Assembly (NCBI GenBank): GCA_964478025.1
Contig: CAYZGK010000002.1
Location: 22,727 to 86,726 of the forward strand
Direction: 5' to 3'
From: an uncultured Christensenella sp.
GTDB lineage: Bacteria > Bacillota > Clostridia > Christensenellales > UBA3700
DNA length: 64,000 nt
The translations under genes were made by a program, and so were the position numbers. Below, piece after piece: positions 18,115 through 27,607 of this stretch; position 1 is the first letter of the stretch, and every line of letters begins with the position of its first letter. The notes beneath the pieces were generated by a model. It saw only the letters and a list, made by a program, of their open reading frames with translations. It had not been told where the DNA came from and did no database searches.

Positions 18115-21100
18115 CTAGAATGTAGCTTTATCTTCTATTTTATTTCTTCTTGAAGTTATCTCTTCTTTATCTTTATTTATTGATTTAATTTCTTTAATTT
18201 TTTGATTCATCCAAATAAGTGCTGCAATTTCTATACCTAATATAAATGTTAGCACTACAATACCTATTATTTGTGAATTAATAAGTGCAGCACCTAACAT
18301 TACAAGTGGTCCTAAAACTACAGAGTTCGCTGTAACTTTCTTGTTTTTTGATGAAATATCATAGAAATCAACACCAGTTATTACAACAAGCATACCACCT
18401 AGAACGTCTAAGAATAATAGTAAAATTATAAGCCAAGTTAAATTTGTTTCCTTATCATGTTGATTTGCTACAAATGTAATTGTGCCAAGTGAGCTTACAT
18501 CAAATGACATATAACCATCCTTAAATGTTATTTGGTCATTATATATTGTTTTACCACTATTATCTACATACATAACAGCAACGCCATCTCTTCCTTTTAA
18601 CTCATTAGGTATAGCCATCTTTACTGTATATGTTCCAGTAAATTCTTCTTTTGTTGCACTATTATAGATATCAATATTATAGTTTAAAACTAGTTCTTGC
18701 TCATTTTCTATAACTAAATATTCATTTTCACTATTAACTTTTTTAATTTCAATAATTGTTAAAGCATCAAAATCACCTGTGGCTGTTATTTGTGCTTCAA
18801 CATCTGTGTTATTAACTGCAATTTTAGATATAGATACATAAACAGTTACATCAAAATTTTTCACAATAAATGAACCATCTGATTGTTGAACATCTAGTGT
18901 TCTATTTCCATTAGATTCTTTTACAGATATTAGTCCTGCAGTATAGCTACTATTTGTTGAACTTATATCTAAAACATTTATCTTTTGACCATATTCATAA
19001 TCAGATTCTTGTTGATGAGTATCATTTTGTATAATTTTTAAATGCAAGAATGATGGTCTATTTGGATCCTTTTCAATCTTATATCCTAAATTAATGTAAA
19101 CCATTCCATCATCATGATAACAATTAATAGCCGTTTTATCTAAGTCATCACCAGATATTTTATTTCCATTTTCATCACGTATAAATGTTACTCTATCACC
19201 TATAACATCACTTAGATTTTCTTTTATTTTTCCTTCAAGTGTACGAATAGTTGTATTTGCTTTACATAAAATAGCCTTATTTTGTTCTTCTCCATTTATA
19301 GATATATAAAGAAGCATATCAGAAGTTTCAGAAATGGCAAATGATGCTGATACTATTTTACATGTAGCAGATACAGCTCCTCTTTGTGTAGTTGCAATAA
19401 TTGTGGCTTTGCCTAAAGCCAATATTCTAACATTACCTTCATTATCTACAGTACAAACGTCCGTATTAGAACTTGTCCATGTTGCTGTTGTATAATTTTC
19501 AGGATTAATTGTCGCACTTAATTTATATGTTTTTCCAATATAATCAGACAAATATACTTCTTGCTTATTTAAAGTTATCTTTAATTCTCCCCATGCAGCA
19601 AAAATAGTATGGTTATCATTATCAACATCCCAATTAGATATAGACTCACCATCACTATTTGTAAGTTCACCACTTCCACTTGCCGCTGGATTATACCAAT
19701 ATCTAAATACATGGCCATCCCAAATTGGAACTTCTATACTATAACTTTGTCCATAAGTTAATGTTATCTCTTTACTACTTATTGTTCCACCAAGATTTTC
19801 AGCCATTCCAAGATTTAAAATAATTGTATAAGTCTTTGCTTGCCAATTTGCAGTTATTTCAATATTTTCTGCATATTCAAAAGATGAAGTCATAACGCCA
19901 TTTTCATCTGTTATGACAACACTATTATAAGACCAACCTGTAAAGTTATAACCAGTCTTTGTTGGCACATCAAATGTGATATTACTTGTTTTATACACAA
20001 CATTTTTTGAAGTATTTGCAATAGTCATATCACTTTCAGTTTTATAAGTAACAACAAATATTGCTGCTTCAAAATAAGGATTTAAAGTTTTATCCCCCCA
20101 ATACCATGTGCATTGCAAAACACCATCTTTGATTATAGGAGTGCTCTCATCGTCTAAATACCAATATTTAAAATCATAACCTAACTTTTCAGCCTTAGGA
20201 ACAGTAGCTGTAGAATCCTTTAATGAAGACTCACTATATACAACTTGAACAGTCTCTTCTCTGTCTTTAAAAGATATCGTATAAGTTTTATTTGTCATAT
20301 ATGCAAATACATTAATATCTTTTTCATATGTATAAGGCTTTAACATTAAACAGTCATTGTCGGTAATCAAATTTCCATCATACATCCAACCCGCAAATTC
20401 GCTATTTGCATCAGTTCCCGTATAACCTTGATATAATTGTGCTTTTTCACCATATTTTACAGTTTGGGTTTTATTTGGATCACTATCATCTAAATCTCTA
20501 TAAGTAATTGTATATCTTTTCCAGTCCTGTTTTGCAGTAAGTGTAATATTTTCACTCCATGTATAATCTACAATCATATTACCATTTTCATCAGAGACTT
20601 GAGTATCTTCATAATACCAGCCTAAAAATTCTTTGTGCTCATCTGGCGTAATCGTTGCAAGTGTTACTCTTGAATTGTAATATACTTCAACAGTATCAGT
20701 TAAACCATCATAAGAGATTGTATATTTAGGAATTGCTGTCCAATGAGCAGTAATAGTTATAGCCTCTTGATATTTAAATGTTTCAAGAGTTTTTCCATCA
20801 CTTCCTGTAATTTGAGTATTATTAGTATCATCATACCAACCATCAAAAGTATAATGCTCATATGTTGGAACTTCTAATTGAAAACCAGCTTGTGTATTAA
20901 AAGGAATATCTATGCTTGTATTTGTTGTAGTGCCGCCATTTGCATTATAAGTTACTGTATATTCTATGGCTTCATATTTTGCAATAATGGTTTTATTTTC
21001 AAGATAAGTCCAACTTGTAAGCATATTGCCATTTTCATCAGCAAATTTTGTACCATCGCCTAAATACCAACCCAATCTATTATATCCGGCTTTAGTTGGT

Positions 21101-21942
21101 TCAGAACCTACATCGACTGTAGAATTATAATCAACATACGTCAAGCCAAGAGAATTACCACTTTCATCTACTTTAGAAATTGTAAACATTCTTACTTTTG
21201 TTACTGGGCTTACATTTATTGATAAAATTTCATTTTCACTTGAATCAGTAATTACATCACCATAAATTTCATTATCTTTTAATGTAGAAACTGTTAAAAC
21301 ACTGTTATTATATTCCTTAACTTGCCAGCCATAAAATTCATAACCTGTAGGTGGTGTATAACTACTTGATGTGGCTATTGGTAATGCATTACTAAAAGGT
21401 TCATTAAAACTTAATGTAGTAGTATTTCCGGTAGTTATGTTATCAAAAGGAATTTCTTCTTTTGTATCGTCCCCATCTTCATGTAGATCAAATGTTATGG
21501 TTAATGATTTACTACTCATGTCAGTAAATTTTGGATATAAAGTTAACTCTGTACCCATTGAAGAGTCATATGTAAAATTTAGTATAACTCCATCTCCATC
21601 ATAAATCTGTGTTGTGAATGTATTTTCTAAGTACCACCCTTCAAACTTTTGATTTTTTATAATTGGAGTATATGCGTTCCTATTACCAGTGATATTACTT
21701 ATTTGTATTTCAAGAGAATTATTAAAAATAGTTGGGTTGCTATCTAAAACAACATCCCCGTTAACTGGGTCATTATAACCAATATATTCAAAATTTGTGC
21801 AAGATGACATATCAAAACTAACACTAACAGTTGTTTCTTCTGCATTAACGTTTGTATTTACAAATGTAAGAGTAAATGACATGACTATAATTGATAAACA
21901 TAATGCGGTAAATAAATAGAAACTTTTCTTTAGTTTTAACAT
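18115..21942 (-). CDS. giant surface protein with Listeria-Bacteroides (Flg_new) repeats, a Big_2 domain and a C-terminal membrane anchor
   Basis: 1275 aa with an N-terminal signal peptide. At least 9 repeats end in G(Y/H)xFxGW(Y). An Ig-like segment (ATWTSSNTDVCTVDNEGNV) is present. Two C-terminal TM helices are followed by a K/E-rich tail. Confidence 0.8.
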   Translation of the reverse strand: MLKLKKSFYLFTALCLSIIVMSFTLTFVNTNVNAEETTVSVSFDMSSCTNFEYIGYNDPVNGDVVLDSNPTIFNNSLEIQISNITGNRNAYTPIIKNQKFEGWYLENTFTTQIYDGDGVILNFTYDSSMGTELTLYPKFTDMSSKSLTITFDLHEDGDDTKEEIPFDNITTGNTTTLSFNEPFSNALPIATSSSYTPPTGYEFYGWQVKEYNNSVLTVSTLKDNEIYGDVITDSSENEILSINVSPVTKVRMFTISKVDESGNSLGLTYVDYNSTVDVGSEPTKAGYNRLGWYLGDGTKFADENGNMLTSWTYLENKTIIAKYEAIEYTVTYNANGGTTTNTSIDIPFNTQAGFQLEVPTYEHYTFDGWYDDTNNTQITGSDGKTLETFKYQEAITITAHWTAIPKYTISYDGLTDTVEVYYNSRVTLATITPDEHKEFLGWYYEDTQVSDENGNMIVDYTWSENITLTAKQDWKRYTITYRDLDDSDPNKTQTVKYGEKAQLYQGYTGTDANSEFAGWMYDGNLITDNDCLMLKPYTYEKDINVFAYMTNKTYTISFKDREETVQVVYSESSLKDSTATVPKAEKLGYDFKYWYLDDESTPIIKDGVLQCTWYWGDKTLNPYFEAAIFVVTYKTESDMTIANTSKNVVYKTSNITFDVPTKTGYNFTGWSYNSVVITDENGVMTSSFEYAENIEITANWQAKTYTIILNLGMAENLGGTISSKEITLTYGQSYSIEVPIWDGHVFRYWYNPAASGSGELTNSDGESISNWDVDNDNHTIFAAWGELKITLNKQEVYLSDYIGKTYKLSATINPENYTTATWTSSNTDVCTVDNEGNVRILALGKATIIATTQRGAVSATCKIVSASFAISETSDMLLYISINGEEQNKAILCKANTTIRTLEGKIKENLSDVIGDRVTFIRDENGNKISGDDLDKTAINCYHDDGMVYINLGYKIEKDPNRPSFLHLKIIQNDTHQQESDYEYGQKINVLDISSTNSSYTAGLISVKESNGNRTLDVQQSDGSFIVKNFDVTVYVSISKIAVNNTDVEAQITATGDFDALTIIEIKKVNSENEYLVIENEQELVLNYNIDIYNSATKEEFTGTYTVKMAIPNELKGRDGVAVMYVDNSGKTIYNDQITFKDGYMSFDVSSLGTITFVANQHDKETNLTWLIILLLFLDVLGGMLVVITGVDFYDISSKNKKVTANSVVLGPLVMLGAALINSQIIGIVVLTFILGIEIAALIWMNQKIKEIKSINKDKEEITSRRNKIEDKATF

Positions 21943-21960
21943 AAAATGCCTCTTCTTGCT

Positions 21961-22005
21961 TAATATACATTATGTATATTACCATTTAATGAAGTATATA
22001 GTCAA
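21961..22005 (-). promoter_or_regulatory. putative promoter of the surface-protein operon with an overlapping 21-bp perfect palindrome
   Basis: Read on the minus strand: TTGACT (22005-22000), 18 nt, TAATAT (21981-21976). The palindrome TAATATACAT-T-ATGTATATTA spans 21961-21981 and covers the -10 and the likely transcription start. Confidence 0.5.
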
Positions 22006-22083
22006 TTCTATAAAATAAGTGAAACTAAAAAAAATGTGCATCTACTATGATAAACAAAGAAAATAAATACCCATTGTCATTGT

Positions 22084-22198
22084 ATAATTGACCCATATTT
22101 TCCGTTATAACTGACCCAAATTTCTTATGAAAATTGACCGATATTTTTAATTAAAACTGACCGATATTTTGACAAATTTTTGACCGATATTTTTTAAA
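22084..22198. repeat. array of five 23-bp direct repeats (core TGACC[C/G]A[T/A]ATTT)
   Basis: TGACC starts at 22089, 22112, 22135, 22158 and 22181, an exact 23-bp period. Copies 3-5 share TGACCGATATTTT. No ORF of meaningful length lies on either strand. Confidence 0.9.
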
Positions 22199-22309
22199 TC
22201 ACAAAAAAATCAAGGGGGTAAATTCCCTTATTGGAGGAAAATTGTGGTATCAAATATTTCTTTTGTGACTATGTAAAATTTTGACGAATACGATATACAC
22301 TATTTATAA

Positions 22310-22345
22310 CAAAAAAAATAAAACGAACTCAAATGAATTCGTTTT
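22310..22345 (-). terminator. terminator of the tRNA cluster
   Basis: The stem pairs AAAACGAACTC (22320-22330) with GAATTCGTTTT (22335-22345), with one mismatch and a 4-nt loop. On the minus strand a T9 run follows. Confidence 0.75.
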
Positions 22346-22347
22346 AT

Positions 22348-22434
22348 TGGTGCGAGTAAGTGGATTTGAACCACCACGACTGTTAGATCAAGGGATTTTA
22401 AGTCCCTCGCGTCTGCCTATTCCGCCATACTCGC
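22348..22434 (-). tRNA. tRNA-Leu (anticodon TAA), CCA encoded
   Basis: The reverse complement reads GCGAGTA...GGGACTTAAAATCCC...long variable arm...GGTGGTTCAAATCCACTTACTCGCACCA. The acceptor, anticodon and T arms all pair. Confidence 0.9.
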
Positions 22435-22459
22435 AAACGTCAATTTAATTTAGATGCTT

Positions 22460-22534
22460 TGGAGGCACCTCCCAGATTCGGACTGGGGAATAAAGCTTTT
22501 GCAGAGCTTTGCCTTACCGCTTGGCCAAGGTGCC
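22460..22534 (-). tRNA. tRNA-Cys (anticodon GCA), CCA encoded
   Basis: The reverse complement reads GGCACCTTGGCCAAGCGGTAAGGCAAAGCTCTGCAAAAGCTTTATTCCCCAGTCCGAATCTGGGAGGTGCCTCCA. Confidence 0.9.
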
Positions 22535-22550
22535 ACTCTATTACATCTAG

Positions 22551-22625
22551 TGGAGCGGGAGACGAGATTCGGACTCGCGACATTCGCCTTGGCAAGGCGA
22601 CGCTCTACCACTGAGCCACTCCCGC
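22551..22625 (-). tRNA. tRNA-Gly (anticodon GCC), CCA encoded
   Basis: The reverse complement reads GCGGGAGTGGCTCAGTGGTAGAGCGTCGCCTTGCCAAGGCGAATGTCGCGAGTCCGAATCTCGTCTCCCGCTCCA. Confidence 0.9.
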
Positions 22626-22632
22626 ATCACTA

Positions 22633-22708
22633 TGGTGGAAACAATAGGGATCGAACCTATGACCCTCTGCTTGTAAGGCAGATGCTCTCCCAGCTGAGCT
22701 ATGCTTCC
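22633..22708 (-). tRNA. tRNA-Val (anticodon TAC), CCA encoded
   Basis: The reverse complement reads GGAAGCATAGCTCAGCTGGGAGAGCATCTGCCTTACAAGCAGAGGGTCATAGGTTCGATCCCTATTGTTTCCACCA. Confidence 0.9.
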
Positions 22709-22778
22709 ACTTAAAAGTGCTTATTTAATATACCAAAAAAAAATATAGTTGTAAAGCACTTTAAATTATTTTTTTTAT

Positions 22779-23948
22779 TTATTCCTTTGCTTTTTTCTTT
22801 AGTTCATTAAAATAGTCTTTCATTCTCTCACTAAATCTCTTAATCGAAGGATTTTGAGTTTCACCTAGAGAGTCAGAAAATTCCTTTAATAAACTCTTTT
22901 GCTTTGCATTTAGACCCTTTGGAGTTTCTACTTTAATTGTTACATATAGATCGCCATATTCCTCTCTTTGAAGAACTTTCATGCCGTATCCTCTAAGTCT
23001 AATTTTTGTTCCAGATTGAGTTCCTTCTGGTATTTTAGTTTTGGTTAAACCTTTTAGAGTATTAATCTCAAGTTCGCAACCACATGCAGCATTGTAGAAA
23101 GATAAAGGTACATCCATATAAAGGTCATTTCCTACTCTCTTAAATTGGTCTGATTCCTTTACATAAATACTTATAACCAAGTTACCATTTGGACCACCAT
23201 TTTTACCACAATGGCCTTCATGTCTAACTGTCATATTATTTCCTGTATCTACACCTGCTGGTATATGGAACTTCTTAACTTCTTTAACCCTAATTGTACC
23301 TGTGCCACGACAAGTTGGACACTTTTCCTTAATTGACTTACCTTTACCACCACAATGAGAACATACTGTTTGAACAACTTGTTGTCCAAATATTGTATTT
23401 TGAACTTTACGAAGTACACCTGTACCTTTACAATATTGACATGTTTCCATTGAAGTTCCGGCCTTAGCACCTGTACCCTTACAGTCTTGACATGTTGTAT
23501 CCCTATAATACTCAAACATCTTATCAATACCTTGATAAGCTTCTTCAAGTGTTATATCTATTCTTGTTTGAATATCTGCACCTTGTTGTGGAGCATTATT
23601 TCTATTTGAACTTCTTCCACCTCCAAAGCCATCAAATATAGAGCTAAATATATCTTCAAAACCACCAAAGCCACTACCACCAGCGCCACCGCTAAAGCCC
23701 CCAAATCCTTGAGGTCCATCTTCACTTCCGTATTGGTCGTAATTTGACTTCTTTTGTGGATCTGATAGAACTTCATAAGCATGATTTATTTCCTTAAATT
23801 TGTTTTCAGCATCCTTCTTTTCAGCATCGGTAGCAGAAGCAAATCTATCTGGGTGATATTTCATTGCTAGTTTTCTATATGATTTTTTTATTTCATCATC
23901 CGTGGCATTTTTATTAACGCCAAGAACTTCGTATAAATCTTTATCCAT
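22779..23948 (-). CDS. dnaJ: molecular chaperone DnaJ
   Basis: It has a J domain (DLYEVLGV...HPD), a G/F-rich region and four CxxCxGxG zinc motifs. I prefer the ATG at 23948 (MDKDLYEVLGV), which has AAGGAA upstream. Confidence 0.95.
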   Translation of the reverse strand: MDKDLYEVLGVNKNATDDEIKKSYRKLAMKYHPDRFASATDAEKKDAENKFKEINHAYEVLSDPQKKSNYDQYGSEDGPQGFGGFSGGAGGSGFGGFEDIFSSIFDGFGGGRSSNRNNAPQQGADIQTRIDITLEEAYQGIDKMFEYYRDTTCQDCKGTGAKAGTSMETCQYCKGTGVLRKVQNTIFGQQVVQTVCSHCGGKGKSIKEKCPTCRGTGTIRVKEVKKFHIPAGVDTGNNMTVRHEGHCGKNGGPNGNLVISIYVKESDQFKRVGNDLYMDVPLSFYNAACGCELEINTLKGLTKTKIPEGTQSGTKIRLRGYGMKVLQREEYGDLYVTIKVETPKGLNAKQKSLLKEFSDSLGETQNPSIKRFSERMKDYFNELKKKAKE

Positions 23949-24033
23949 AGTATTCCTTTTTCTAAGACAATCTTGGAACCTCATATAGAGATTCCTTGAT
24001 TGCTATAATATATAATGGAGTTTTATTATATGA

Positions 24034-25884
24034 CTATTTATTATTTGAATCATCACCATTATCGATAATGATATCATCTGGATTTGTTCCAGCATTATTT
24101 TGTGCTGCTCCATCTGCTGCTTGTTGAGCATTAGCACTTTCTTGAGCTGCTTGATATAACTTTGTAAAGATTGGAGCATTTGCTTTTGTCATTTCATCAA
24201 TGATAGCTCTTGTCTTTTCAGCATCTTTTGCTTCTTGTAAATCTTTCTTAGCCTTCTCCACAGCTTCTGTTAAAGTCTTCTTATCTTCTTCAGAAATCTT
24301 ATCTCCTGCTTCGCTAATAGCTTTTTCTGTTGCGAAAATCATTTGATCAGCATCATTCTTTGCATCAACAAATTCCTTACGTTTCTTATCTTCTTCAGCA
24401 TACTTTTCAGCTTCTTTTACAGCCTTATCGATTTCATCTTCAGAAAGGTTAGTTGAAGATGTAATTGTTACAGATTGTTTCTTACCTGTACCTTTATCGA
24501 TAGCAGTAACATTAACAATACCATTAGCATCGATATCGAAAGTAACTTCAATTTGTGGAATTCCACGAGGAGCTGGAGCGATACCATCTAGTTGGAATCT
24601 ACCTAATTCCTTATTATCATTAGCCATTGGTCTTTCACCTTGTAATACTCTAATATCTACTGCTGTTTGGTTATCTGCAGCTGTTGAGAATACTTGTGAC
24701 TTTTGTGTAGGAATTGTTGTATTTCTATCAATTAATTTTGTAAATACACCACCCATTGTTTCAATACCAAGAGATAGTGGAGTTACATCAAGTAATAATA
24801 CATCTTTAACATCGCCTGCAAGTACACCACCTTGAATAGCAGCACCTAATGCTACGCATTCATCTGGGTTAATACCCTTAAATGGTTCCTTACCTGTAGC
24901 TTTTCTTACAGCGTCTACAACAGCTGGGATTCTTGTTGAACCACCAACTAAGATAACCTTAGATAAGTCGTTTGCTGTTAAGTTAGCATCAGCTAAAGCT
25001 TTCTTTAGAGGAATTAATGTCTTATTTACAAGGTCTGCTGTTAATGCATCAAACTTAGCTCTTGTTAAGTTCATATCGATGTGTTTTGGACCATCAGCTG
25101 TCATTGTAATATAAGGAAGATTAATATTTGTACTTGTTACGCCAGATAGATCGATCTTTGCTTTTTCTGCAGCTTCCTTAATTCTTTGCATTGTAGCTTT
25201 ATCTGTAGATAGATCAATACCTTCTGCTTTCTTAAATTCATCAAGGATGTACTTAATAATTATATTATCAAAGTCATCACCACCTAAGTGTGTATCACCA
25301 TTTGTAGATAGAACTTCAAATACGCCATCTTCAATCTCAAGGATTGATACATCGAATGTACCACCACCTAAGTCGTAAATTAAGATCTTTTGTCCTTTGT
25401 TTTCACCTTTATCTAGGCCATAAGCAAGAGCTGCTGCTGTAGGTTCGTTAATAATTCTTAAAACTTCAAGACCTGCAATCTTACCAGCATCTTTTGTAGC
25501 TTGTCTTTGGCTATCACTAAAGTAAGCAGGAACTGTAATAACAGCTTGAGTTACCTTTTCTCCTAAATAACTTTCAGCATCTTGTTTTAATTTTGTTAGA
25601 ATCATAGCTGAAATTTCTTGTGGACTATAAGATTTGTCATCAATCTTAACCTTATAATCTTCACCCATATGTCTCTTGATTGAGCTAATTGTTCTTGAAG
25701 CATTAGCTACTGCTTGTCTTTTAGCTACTTGACCTACAAGTCTTTCACCATCTTTAGCAAAACCTACAACTGATGGAGTTGTTCTTCCACCCTCAGAGTT
25801 TGCTATAACTGTAGCATCGCCACCTTCCATAATAGCTACGCAAGAGTTTGTTGTACCTAAGTCAATACCAATAATTTTACTCAT
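24034..25884 (-). CDS. dnaK: molecular chaperone DnaK (Hsp70)
   Basis: 616 aa. [17 protein letters not shown] and the rest of the sequence are canonical Hsp70. Confidence 0.97.
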   Translation of the reverse strand: MSKIIGIDLGTTNSCVAIMEGGDATVIANSEGGRTTPSVVGFAKDGERLVGQVAKRQAVANASRTISSIKRHMGEDYKVKIDDKSYSPQEISAMILTKLKQDAESYLGEKVTQAVITVPAYFSDSQRQATKDAGKIAGLEVLRIINEPTAAALAYGLDKGENKGQKILIYDLGGGTFDVSILEIEDGVFEVLSTNGDTHLGGDDFDNIIIKYILDEFKKAEGIDLSTDKATMQRIKEAAEKAKIDLSGVTSTNINLPYITMTADGPKHIDMNLTRAKFDALTADLVNKTLIPLKKALADANLTANDLSKVILVGGSTRIPAVVDAVRKATGKEPFKGINPDECVALGAAIQGGVLAGDVKDVLLLDVTPLSLGIETMGGVFTKLIDRNTTIPTQKSQVFSTAADNQTAVDIRVLQGERPMANDNKELGRFQLDGIAPAPRGIPQIEVTFDIDANGIVNVTAIDKGTGKKQSVTITSSTNLSEDEIDKAVKEAEKYAEEDKKRKEFVDAKNDADQMIFATEKAISEAGDKISEEDKKTLTEAVEKAKKDLQEAKDAEKTRAIIDEMTKANAPIFTKLYQAAQESANAQQAADGAAQNNAGTNPDDIIIDNGDDSNNK

Positions 25885-25919
25885 ATTCTTTATCTCCTTT
25901 AAAAATTTATTTCTTTATA

Positions 25920-26426
25920 TTATTGTCCAACTACGCACATAGAGTGTCTTAAGACTTTATCTCCACGTTTGTAACCGGTTCTAAACACTTGAATTACTTT
26001 ACCTGCATTTTCTGGATCATCTTTGTTCATTACAGCTTCATGTAGATTTGGATTGAATTCCTCACCTAAAGCTTTAATTTCTTCAACATTGAATTTAACA
26101 AGAACATCCATAAAAGCTTTCTTTACTAGTTCTATTCCTTTTTTGTTATTTTCATCTACTTGAGCATTAATTGCCATATCAATAGAATCAATAGTTGGCA
26201 AAATTGCTATGATTGCATCATTAACCCCATCGTTATACATTGAAGTTCCTAAAGACGCATTTCTTTTTTTGTAGTTGTCAAAATCAGCTTGCAATCTAAC
26301 GAATTGGTTATACAATGTATCATATTTTTCATCAGATGCAGATTTCTTTGCTTCAGTTTTTTCGCCTACATACTCAAAACTTTCAGCTTGTTCATCCATC
26401 TTTTCATCTTTTTTTTTCTTTGCCAT
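25920..26426 (-). CDS. grpE: nucleotide exchange factor GrpE
   Basis: 168 aa. RLQADFDNYKKR and the C-terminal GY....V.R...V are typical of GrpE. It sits between hrcA and dnaK. Confidence 0.9.
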   Translation of the reverse strand: MAKKKKDEKMDEQAESFEYVGEKTEAKKSASDEKYDTLYNQFVRLQADFDNYKKRNASLGTSMYNDGVNDAIIAILPTIDSIDMAINAQVDENNKKGIELVKKAFMDVLVKFNVEEIKALGEEFNPNLHEAVMNKDDPENAGKVIQVFRTGYKRGDKVLRHSMCVVGQ

Positions 26427-26435
26427 ACTTTCTCC

Positions 26436-27446
26436 TTAATCTTGGCTTTCGAACAACTTGCCTATTTCCTTTAGAACAGCAATTACTTTTTTGTAATTCA
26501 TTCTTTGAGGTCCTATTACACCAATTTGTCCTACTTCTTCGCCTTTCATTTTATATTTAGCACTTACGACAGCCATATCTTGAAGTTTTTCATCATCATC
26601 TTTACCGATTTTAACGGAAACTTCAATTGAGCCGTTTTTATCGTCAACTATTTCATGAAGTTTTTTATTATCATCAACAATACTTATAAAGTTTTTAACA
26701 TTATTAATATCGTTGTATTCTGGATAATTAAAGATTTTATCTTTTCCTTCAACTAATACTTGATTTTCTCTAGCCTTTTTGTAGCTTACAATCATATTAA
26801 ATACTTCATCAAAAACTAATTTGAATTCTTGTAATTGTGGATCAATCATATTATGTGAATGAACTACTTCTACAAGTTTTTTACCAGCAAATGTTCTATA
26901 TAATAGATTATTTGCAACTTCAATATAGTTTTGCATAGTATTTTCAGGTATTTTAATTTCCTTGTTTTTAATTGTTCCATTGTTTGTAACAATCAAAACT
27001 AGTGCTGAACCATCATACATATCTACAAGTTTAACATCGTTAATAACAATATTATCTGTAGACGAAATCATAAGTAATGATGTGTAGTTTGTTATATCTG
27101 AAACAATTTTTGCTCCATTATCTACAATTTCTTGCAATGATGAAAACTTTGTTTCAAACATATCTCTAACTTGATTTAACTCATCATCAGATATTTCCAT
27201 TATATTTTGAACATAATATTTATATGCTTTAGAAGATGGAATTCTTCCTGATGATGTATGTGGTTGAGTTAAATAACCCATATCTTCTAGTGTTGCAAGT
27301 TCAGATCTAATCGTTGCTGAAGATACATCTGGAAGATATTTTTCTTGAATTGTGGAAGAAGAAATAGGTTCAGCTTCACTAATATAACTATCTACTAAAG
27401 CTGTTAGTATTTTTTTCTTTCTATCAGATAATTTTTCTTCACTCAT
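26436..27446 (-). CDS. hrcA: heat-inducible transcription repressor HrcA
   Basis: The N-terminal wHTH reads LSDRKKKILTALVDSYISEAEPISS. It is the first gene of the dnaK operon. I prefer the ATG at 27446, which has AGAAGGT upstream. Confidence 0.9.
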   Translation of the reverse strand: MSEEKLSDRKKKILTALVDSYISEAEPISSSTIQEKYLPDVSSATIRSELATLEDMGYLTQPHTSSGRIPSSKAYKYYVQNIMEISDDELNQVRDMFETKFSSLQEIVDNGAKIVSDITNYTSLLMISSTDNIVINDVKLVDMYDGSALVLIVTNNGTIKNKEIKIPENTMQNYIEVANNLLYRTFAGKKLVEVVHSHNMIDPQLQEFKLVFDEVFNMIVSYKKARENQVLVEGKDKIFNYPEYNDINNVKNFISIVDDNKKLHEIVDDKNGSIEVSVKIGKDDDEKLQDMAVVSAKYKMKGEEVGQIGVIGPQRMNYKKVIAVLKEIGKLFESQD

Positions 27447-27468
27447 TTTATTACCTTCTTTAACAATT

Positions 27469-27495
27469 TTGGCACTCTCGTCTTTCAATTGCTAA
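27469..27495. promoter_or_regulatory. CIRCE-like element (degenerate), just downstream of the -10
   Basis: TTGGCACTC-N9-AATTGCTAA, compared with the consensus TTAGCACTC-N9-GAGTGCTAA. Confidence 0.6.
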
Positions 27496-27499
27496 ATCT

Positions 27500-27527
27500 A
27501 TTATAACACCCCATTTTTCAATGTCAA
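27500..27527 (-). promoter_or_regulatory. hrcA-dnaK operon promoter
   Basis: Read on the minus strand: TTGACA (27527-27522), 16 nt, TATAAT (27505-27500), with a TG extended -10 (TGTTATAAT). Confidence 0.75.
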
Positions 27528-27555
27528 CACTTTTTGAATAAAAAAATGAAAAATT

Positions 27556-27582
27556 TTAGCACTCTTTTGTTTAGACTGCTAA
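27556..27582. promoter_or_regulatory. CIRCE element (HrcA operator), upstream of the -35
   Basis: TTAGCACTC-TTTTGTTTA-GACTGCTAA has one mismatch to the CIRCE consensus. Confidence 0.8.
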
Positions 27583-27607
27583 AATAGAAATTATTTGTCT
27601 TATTATA

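Noticed and set aside
22134-22185. Reading the TTGACC/TTGACA words of the orphan array as PhoP boxes.
   Set aside because: The genuine Pho box at pstS uses TT(T/A)AC(A/T)-type hexamers with a strict 11-bp period. The array hexamers carry G at position 3 and C at position 6. An 11-12-bp sub-period appears only between copies 4 and 5.
22084-22198. Reading the 23-bp array (and the 33-bp array at 49997-50128) as CRISPR arrays.
   Set aside because: The units are contiguous direct repeats without unique spacers. The periods are far shorter than repeat-plus-spacer units. No cas genes are in the window.
22454-22714. An 86-aa plus-strand ORF in the supplied track.
   Set aside because: It lies exactly antisense to the tRNA-Cys, tRNA-Gly and tRNA-Val genes. 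Its openness comes from the GC-rich tRNA sequence. It has no RBS.
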